IMG/VR virus record: IMGVR_UViG_3300025015_000015
DNA: 52,187 nucleotides
From: a virus
Lineage: Duplodnaviria; Heunggongvirae; Uroviricota; Caudoviricetes
Reading direction: 5' to 3' (one strand)
Shown here: positions 46,504 through 52,187 of the stretch, in pieces
Layout of the letters: every line of letters begins with the position of its first letter
Numbering within the stretch: position 1 is the stretch's first letter
Position numbers and translations under genes: made by a program
Notes under the pieces: model-generated
Told to the model about the DNA's origin: nothing
The model's database searches: none
The model's input: the letters and a program-made list of their open reading frames with translations, nothing else

Positions 46504-46748
46504 TAGATTTATTATCAGAAACTAGAATTTGTGATGATTGTGGACGTGAATTACCTCTCAATTCTGATAATTTTCATGTAGATTCTAGCAGGAAAGATGG
46601 ATTAAGAGATAAATGTAAAGATTGCACTAATAGACATAAAAGAGAATATCAATTACAACACAAATCCGAATGGTTAATCCGTAATGATTTTTTACCAGGA
46701 TATCAGGTCCTTTGTTTTAATCATAATAGTGGTAAAGATTTAGTTTAA
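46500..46748 (+). pseudogene. Internally deleted HNH homing endonuclease
   Basis: N-terminal CDDC...CKDC zinc finger joined directly to the C-terminal WLIRNDFLPGYQVLCFNHNSGK; central HNH segment missing. Confidence 0.6.
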
Positions 46749-46763
46749 TTTGAAAGGTTTAAA

Positions 46764-46979
46764 ATGGGTGTTAGACTTACATGTATTAAAAATACAACTG
46801 ATCATCAAATTACGGTAAAACAAAGTTCCTTTAACACAATTCTTCCTCCAAGATGCCAATTAACTGATGTGGTAGTTGAAAACTTTGATTATTTGAAGAA
46901 TTCCGGAGCTTATATGAAAATTGATCTTAGAGAGGTTGACAAGCTTAAAGAAAGTAAAAAATCCTTATTAATTGACTAA
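46764..46979 (+). CDS. Small hypothetical virion-module protein
   Basis: SD gaaagg. Confidence 0.5.
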   Translation: MGVRLTCIKNTTDHQITVKQSSFNTILPPRCQLTDVVVENFDYLKNSGAYMKIDLREVDKLKESKKSLLID

Positions 46980-46988
46980 GGAAGTTAA

Positions 46989-47936
46989 ATGGCAAGTAGT
47001 TTTCTTTACACAATGGACATTGGTCTTCGTACTTTGTTATATTCAAAGTTTGGTGATATTCTTGGAATTTCCACACAATCTTCTTTTGAAGAGACTAATA
47101 TAAACAAAGGAGTAATTTTAATACCTAAAGAAACAGCTTTAAGAGAAGTTTCCGAAAAACGTGGTAAAAATTTTCTTGAATTCATTAATTTATGGCGTGT
47201 TGGAACTGAATATTCCTGGTCCAGGAATAATACTTATGTTTCACGGAGGGGTATTGATCTTCCTGTTATTGTTGGAAATCGTTCCTCATATACCACGGTT
47301 AAAGCTGTTCCAATGGATCTTAATTATGAAATATGTTTTTGGAGTAAGGATCTTGATAAAATAAATCTGTGTACAGAACGTTATATGTTTTGGATTCATA
47401 ATAATCCAAAGCTTAATATAACCTATTCTGATTTATATCCTCTTGCTTTTGATATTCATTTTAGTCCGGTTAATGATGAGTCAACAATAGCAAGGAAATA
47501 TACAGAAGGTTTAATATACGTAGCTAGTGCATCAATCAAAGTGGATGGTTGGACGTTTAATAGCGAAACTTTTAACTCTGGAATTATTTCTAAAATTAGA
47601 GTAACTACATATGACAAGGATGAAGTAGAGAATTATTATGAAATATGTGTAGAGGATGAAGATCAGAATGTTGAATTAGCTGCGGCATTAAAGATGCTGC
47701 GACAAAATTTATATGGAATTTTCTCAATTAATGCTTCATTAAATACTATTAAGATTCTTGGAGAATTTGCCTCCGATTTTCTTGAAGGAAAGAAGATTTT
47801 TATTGAAAACTCTACAGATAATAATGGAGTTTATACCATCATTTCCTCAACACAAACAGATGGTTTTACATATGTTGAGTTGGATGAATCTTTAACTAGT
47901 GATACTAATGACGGAAATTTATACTTTGTTGAGTAA
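46989..47936 (+). CDS. Tail completion/terminator protein (gp15-like) with C-terminal extension
   Basis: PMDLNYEICFWSKDLDKIN...ERY pattern; directly upstream of the sheath gene. Confidence 0.6.
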   Translation: MASSFLYTMDIGLRTLLYSKFGDILGISTQSSFEETNINKGVILIPKETALREVSEKRGKNFLEFINLWRVGTEYSWSRNNTYVSRRGIDLPVIVGNRSSYTTVKAVPMDLNYEICFWSKDLDKINLCTERYMFWIHNNPKLNITYSDLYPLAFDIHFSPVNDESTIARKYTEGLIYVASASIKVDGWTFNSETFNSGIISKIRVTTYDKDEVENYYEICVEDEDQNVELAAALKMLRQNLYGIFSINASLNTIKILGEFASDFLEGKKIFIENSTDNNGVYTIISSTQTDGFTYVELDESLTSDTNDGNLYFVE

Positions 47937-47968
47937 TTAAAAAGGTCAAAATAAATTAGGAGATTATT

Positions 47969-49594
47969 ATGGGAGTTTATCTTAGTCCTGGTGTTTATCC
48001 GATTGAAAAAGATATTTCTGATGTTGTTCCAGCCGTAGCTACTTCTGCTGCTGCACTTGTTGGCTATTCGGCAAAAGGCAACACTGATGATATCGTACTT
48101 ATCACAACTGGTCAGCAATTTATTGATGAGTACGGAGAACCGGATCCAACCACGGGTCATTATTTCCATTATACTGCACTTGCTTATTTGGCAAAAGGAT
48201 CTCAACTCTATTGTTTGAGAGTTCATAATGGTGCTTTATATGGTGGTATATATATAATGTCGTCAACTTCTAGTGAAGTTAATGAAGCTTTAACTGTGGG
48301 TCAATCCGTATCTACTTTTGTTGCTGCTAGCGGTTTGGATGATGATATTGTATTTCAAATTCTTGGAGCAAATCCGGGTGTGTGGAATGATAAGCTTGAA
48401 GTTGTAATTCAGAATGTTAAGACTGGATCTGAATCCGAAGCTACAGAACAGTATACATTTGAAATAGTTGTATATCATCAGGATGATGATGGTAATTGGT
48501 CTCAAGTTGAAAAATGGAAGGTTTCTAGAAAGAATAAACTTGATGGATTTGGAAAGCAGATGTATCTTGAGGATAAGATTAATGGAATAAGCAAGTATAT
48601 CGTTGTTGCTGATAGTGCTTTAGCTGATACTGTTCTTCCACAAGCTCAAGCTGTTGCTTTAGTTTTTGATGGTGGATATGATGGTGCTGCTATTTCTTCT
48701 GCTCAGTTAATACTTGGTTGGGCTGAATTTATAAATCCTGATAAGGTTGATGTTAGAATTCTTATCAATGGTGGTGAAACAGCAGTTGCAGTTCAGACAG
48801 AAATGAAAGTAGTTGCAGAAACAAGAGCGGATTGTATGTGCATTCTTGACGTACCATATGAAAATATAACTTCTGTTGCTAGTATGGTAACGTGGAGAGA
48901 TGATACACAGAATTTTAATTCTAGTTATTGTGCATTATATGCTCCGTGGGTTCAAATTTATGATTCTTTTAACGATCAGCTTGTTGATGTTCCGGTGTCC
49001 GGATATGTAGCTGCACAGTATGCTTATAATGATTATATTGGAAACCCATGGGATTCTCCTGCTGGATTTGATCGTGGAACTTTGAATGTTATAGCTCTTG
49101 CCGGTAGTGTGGTGTTTACTCAGGGTGAACGTGATGTGTTGTATCAGGCCCAAATCAATCCAATTCAGAAGTTCAGTGGTAGTGGTATTGTGGTTTGGGG
49201 TGACGTTACTCAACAGGTGAAGTCAAGTGCATTTAGTCATGTTAATGTTAGAAGGTTGTTTATTGTTCTTGAAAAATCAATGAGTATTTCACTTCGTCAA
49301 TTTGTGTTTGAAGGAAATACAATTGAAACAAGGACTAGAGTCATTTCAATGCTTGAAGAATATCTTGATAGGTTATCTTCTCAAGGTGCTTTCCAAACTG
49401 AATCTGGTGATCGTGGCTATCGTGTTTTGTGTGATACCACTAACAATACCTCTGTTGTAATTGATGCCAATCAGTTGAATGTTGATGTTTTCATTAAGCC
49501 GGTTAGGTCCATCAATTTTATTCAGTTACAGACTATTGCTACTCCTACTGGAGCATCGTTTGAAGAACTGATATCACGCGGAGTAATGTTCTAA
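47969..49594 (+). CDS. gp18: Contractile tail sheath protein
   Basis: YLSPGVYPIEKD, PAGFDRG, LYQAQINPI, WGDVT, NVRRLF, FEGN, DVFIKPVRSINFI. Confidence 0.95.
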   Translation: MGVYLSPGVYPIEKDISDVVPAVATSAAALVGYSAKGNTDDIVLITTGQQFIDEYGEPDPTTGHYFHYTALAYLAKGSQLYCLRVHNGALYGGIYIMSSTSSEVNEALTVGQSVSTFVAASGLDDDIVFQILGANPGVWNDKLEVVIQNVKTGSESEATEQYTFEIVVYHQDDDGNWSQVEKWKVSRKNKLDGFGKQMYLEDKINGISKYIVVADSALADTVLPQAQAVALVFDGGYDGAAISSAQLILGWAEFINPDKVDVRILINGGETAVAVQTEMKVVAETRADCMCILDVPYENITSVASMVTWRDDTQNFNSSYCALYAPWVQIYDSFNDQLVDVPVSGYVAAQYAYNDYIGNPWDSPAGFDRGTLNVIALAGSVVFTQGERDVLYQAQINPIQKFSGSGIVVWGDVTQQVKSSAFSHVNVRRLFIVLEKSMSISLRQFVFEGNTIETRTRVISMLEEYLDRLSSQGAFQTESGDRGYRVLCDTTNNTSVVIDANQLNVDVFIKPVRSINFIQLQTIATPTGASFEELISRGVMF

Positions 49595-49604
49595 GGAGTG
49601 AAAT

Positions 49605-49973
49605 ATGTTTGACGAATTATTTGAAAAAATAAAAGAAGCTGTAGAATCTGAAGTTGATATGTATAAAAAAGTATTAGAAGAATGGCCCGATGTTCAGCAA
49701 TTAAAAAAGGTAAATCGTGATTTAATATATAAAATTTCCAATATTGAGAATGTTGTGGTGCATCATGTGTGGTATGAAAATAGAATGCCTTGCTTTACTG
49801 TTAGTTTTGTTGATCAATCAAAAAAGGAATGGAAGCTAAGTTTTTGGGAAGTTAATGAATCAGTTATTATGAATGCTAAAGGTTCAAAAGTTTCATCTTC
49901 ATCAAAGAAAAGATTCATTAATAATTTAAAACATTTGGTTGAAGAAAGTGAAAATATAAATATTGAAGAATAA
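49605..49973 (+). CDS. Hypothetical protein inserted between sheath and tube, leader MFDELFEKIKEAVES
   Basis: SD aggag. Confidence 0.6.
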   Translation: MFDELFEKIKEAVESEVDMYKKVLEEWPDVQQLKKVNRDLIYKISNIENVVVHHVWYENRMPCFTVSFVDQSKKEWKLSFWEVNESVIMNAKGSKVSSSSKKRFINNLKHLVEESENINIEE

Positions 49974-50001
49974 GTTATGTTTGATAACCGGAGGTTATAC
50001 T

Positions 50002-50556
50002 ATGGTAATGTCAATTGATGCACTTAAATTTAATCTTACAAATCCAGCAAGAGATTATGAATGGGAAGTTACTTTTCCAACTATGCTTGGTGGTGGGGAT
50101 AAGAAAGCTATGTCAATTCGTTGCCGTAGTGCTGTTATTCCTGGTCGAGGCTTTGGAGAAATACTTATTCCGTTTAGAGGTACTCCAGGTATAAGTATTC
50201 CAGGTAAAGCTACAGTTCCACATGCCTGGACTGCTATGTTTATGGAAGGTACAGATAAAAAGACATTTACTGCCATTAATGCTTGGATGGAGAGAATTAG
50301 GCAGATTAGAAGTGGTATTGGTACTTCAGATTTGCTTATCAAGTCTGATTTTATTATGAAGATGTTAGATCGTGCCGGAAATGCATGGTTATCTCTCAAG
50401 ATGGTTGGTGCTTATCCAAGAAATATAGATGATACACCCATTGCACAAGATGCTGAAGGTGTTGTTACTTATAGTGTTACTTGGGCCTATGATTATTGGG
50501 AGGAAGCTAGTTCTTCAATTTCCGTTAATGTTGGTGTGTCTATTCCAGGTATTTAA
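50002..50556 (+). CDS. gp19: Tail tube protein
   Basis: NPARDYEWEV, CRSAVIPG, GAYPRNID, YSVTWAYDYWE; ATG 50002 after ggagg. Confidence 0.88.
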   Translation: MVMSIDALKFNLTNPARDYEWEVTFPTMLGGGDKKAMSIRCRSAVIPGRGFGEILIPFRGTPGISIPGKATVPHAWTAMFMEGTDKKTFTAINAWMERIRQIRSGIGTSDLLIKSDFIMKMLDRAGNAWLSLKMVGAYPRNIDDTPIAQDAEGVVTYSVTWAYDYWEEASSSISVNVGVSIPGI

Positions 50557-50580
50557 TTAAAATAGAAACCATGTCTAACT

Positions 50581-51126
50581 ATGGATACAAATTTTAATTT
50601 ATCTAAGATTTCAAAGACATGGGATCTCCAACGGACCTTTGATTGGCAATTAATAATGCCTCATAATATAAGTGGAATTAATGGTATGTATGTGTCTCAG
50701 TTTTGCCAATCGGTTTATTTTGGAAATTACAACATTCCTGAAGTTGAACAGTTTAGATACGGTCCCCATCAGAGATTCTTTCCAGGATTAATGAATATTG
50801 ACAGAGTTTCATTGGAGTTTTTAAGTCCGATGGATAATGCTGTTTATTTATATTTCATGGAATGGCGATATCTTGTTGTTGACAGGGACGGTTTTTATAG
50901 TCCTAAAAATAGGTATACTAGAAATATACATGTTGAAACTACTACTCAAAGTGGTATAATTAATAATAGATATGAGTTGAAAAGATGTTTTCCCACAAAA
51001 TTACCTGAAAATGATCTAAATCAGGCTACTGAAGAAGTTTTAAGATATAAAATAGAATTATCTGTAGATGAAATTGAATTAACAGGACTAGATAATATTT
51101 CATGGAAGAGAAATCAAACAATTTAA
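50581..51126 (+). CDS. Tube-like baseplate/tail-tube initiator protein
   Basis: gp19-like fold pattern (FMEWRYLV, CFPTKL, IELSVD). Confidence 0.65.
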   Translation: MDTNFNLSKISKTWDLQRTFDWQLIMPHNISGINGMYVSQFCQSVYFGNYNIPEVEQFRYGPHQRFFPGLMNIDRVSLEFLSPMDNAVYLYFMEWRYLVVDRDGFYSPKNRYTRNIHVETTTQSGIINNRYELKRCFPTKLPENDLNQATEEVLRYKIELSVDEIELTGLDNISWKRNQTI

Positions 51127-51142
51127 CTTTGAAAGGTTTAAA

Positions 51143-51895
51143 ATGGGAAAAGAAGACTTCTTTTCAATTTCTCTTCCGTCAAGATGCATTCCTTATAATA
51201 TCAATCCTGACGCTGTTAAAATTAGGCCGTATTGTGGTGAAGATCAAATTATTCTTTCCACTATTAATTCTTCAAATTTAGACAAAAAATTCCTTGTTGT
51301 TATTGAACGAGTTCTAAAGGGTGTGGATCCAAAGAGTGTTACTCTTGGTGATCGATTATATATAATGCTTTGGGAGTATATTAATTCATATACTAATATC
51401 GTTAATGTTAATTATGTTTGTTCTTATTGTCTAAACGAGGTAAAAGTTCAAGTTGATCTTAATACTATGGCTACCATTGAATTACCAAAGGATTTCAAGT
51501 TTCCATATCCAATAACTCTTTCCAATGGAAAGATTATTAATCTTAGACCATTTAATGTTGGAGATACTATTTCAATAAGTGAATACATAGATGGTCATGA
51601 TGATCATCATCTTTATAAGTATGCAAGAACAATAACAGATGAAGGTAAGATTGAAGATAAAGTTCAAATGTTGAAGGATTTTTCAACTAAGGATCTTGTT
51701 CTTATTTATGCTTTCCATGAAAAATTCTTTCATGGATTAGACATGAAAGCCAAAGTTGAATGTCCAAAATGTAAGGTTGAAGCAGAGAAAGAAGGATCTA
51801 AAATTGATCCGGAGGAAATAGAAATACCCTTTCGACTTGACTTTTTATTTCCAACAGGATCCACAATTACAGACGCTTTTGGAAGTAGAATTTAA
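51143..51895 (+). CDS. Baseplate hub assembly protein, gp26-like
   Basis: ISLPSR, IRPY, LTLGDR-like, CSYC and CPKC, PFRLDFLFP. Confidence 0.75.
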   Translation: MGKEDFFSISLPSRCIPYNINPDAVKIRPYCGEDQIILSTINSSNLDKKFLVVIERVLKGVDPKSVTLGDRLYIMLWEYINSYTNIVNVNYVCSYCLNEVKVQVDLNTMATIELPKDFKFPYPITLSNGKIINLRPFNVGDTISISEYIDGHDDHHLYKYARTITDEGKIEDKVQMLKDFSTKDLVLIYAFHEKFFHGLDMKAKVECPKCKVEAEKEGSKIDPEEIEIPFRLDFLFPTGSTITDAFGSRI

Positions 51896-52058
51896 TTTGT
51901 GTAGATTACCTGGTTTTAATATTAGAGATATTAGAGAAAAGCTTACTACAAGGGAGATTGATTGGTATATTTCAAGGTTAGCCAGGCAAATTCAAGATGA
52001 TGAAAATAAAATTAGTGGCGGTATTGGATTTACTAAATTAGGTGGAAAGACATTTTAG
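51837..52058 (+). CDS. Baseplate hub assembly chaperone-like small protein (start uncertain)
   Basis: Follows gp26-like; EIDWYISRL pattern. Confidence 0.45.
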   Translation: MTFYFQQDPQLQTLLEVEFNLCRLPGFNIRDIREKLTTREIDWYISRLARQIQDDENKISGGIGFTKLGGKTF

Positions 52059-52060
52059 TT

Positions 52061-52187
52061 ATGTCTATTTCTTCTTCACAATTTGATTCTTTATTTAAAC
52101 CTATTTCACAAGAAGAAGTTCTTCAAAGAAGACTTTCTAATTGTATTAAGAATTCTGATGGTACTTATTCTTCTGATGGAAATGTTG
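52061..52187 (+). CDS. LRR-like repeat protein, copy 5 (truncated by window end)
   Basis: 127 bp identical to 40191-40317. Confidence 0.85.
   Translation, partial: MSISSSQFDSLFKPISQEEVLQRRLSNCIKNSDGTYSSDGNV

Noticed and set aside
26081-48505. Other antisense or alternate-frame track ORFs over structural genes (e.g. 26081, 27132, 28659, 30398, 43596, 47831, 48290)
   Set aside because: Fully overlap well-supported plus-strand genes and carry no recognisable motifs.
1-52187. Stop-codon reassignment (code 15 or 4)
   Set aside because: Core genes are intact in code 11, and LRR copy 4 ends in TAG where its paralogs end in TAA.

Overview
AT-rich 52 kb segment of a large T4-like myovirus, standard genetic code, probably ending at a contig break inside a repeat. 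Layout: (i) 1-4902, leftward replication/accessory genes (SNF2 helicase, DnaB-like helicase, a PEP-CTERM surface protein, DUF932). (ii) 4930-6515, two inverted copies of a near-consensus sigma70 promoter module flanking two genes, then ~0.6 kb of structured non-coding sequence with a tRNA-like element. (iii) 7315-23526, rightward early/accessory genes (MazG, RNA ligase, SprT-like, HAD nucleotidase, Prs-like + NAMPT-like NAD-reconstitution pair, three tRNAs). (iv) 23703-52187, virion module (Ig-like/propeller proteins, acidic head proteins, prohead protease, major capsid, neck, sheath, tube, baseplate hub). Host clues recalled from protein families (PEP-CTERM, a Phycisphaerae-type dockerin loop, an FDLEATRRE small protein) point to Planctomycetota. 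Strongest novel candidate: five dispersed genes with near-identical caps and a variable number (2, 5, 11, 9, truncated) of 21-aa LRR-like modules whose variation sits at four predicted binding-face positions. They lie among about a dozen genes sharing an N-terminal leader that resembles a capsid-targeting signal, with several recombination scars. The hypothesis is a recombination-diversified repertoire of virion-packaged binder proteins. All family calls come from motif recognition; no database search was run.
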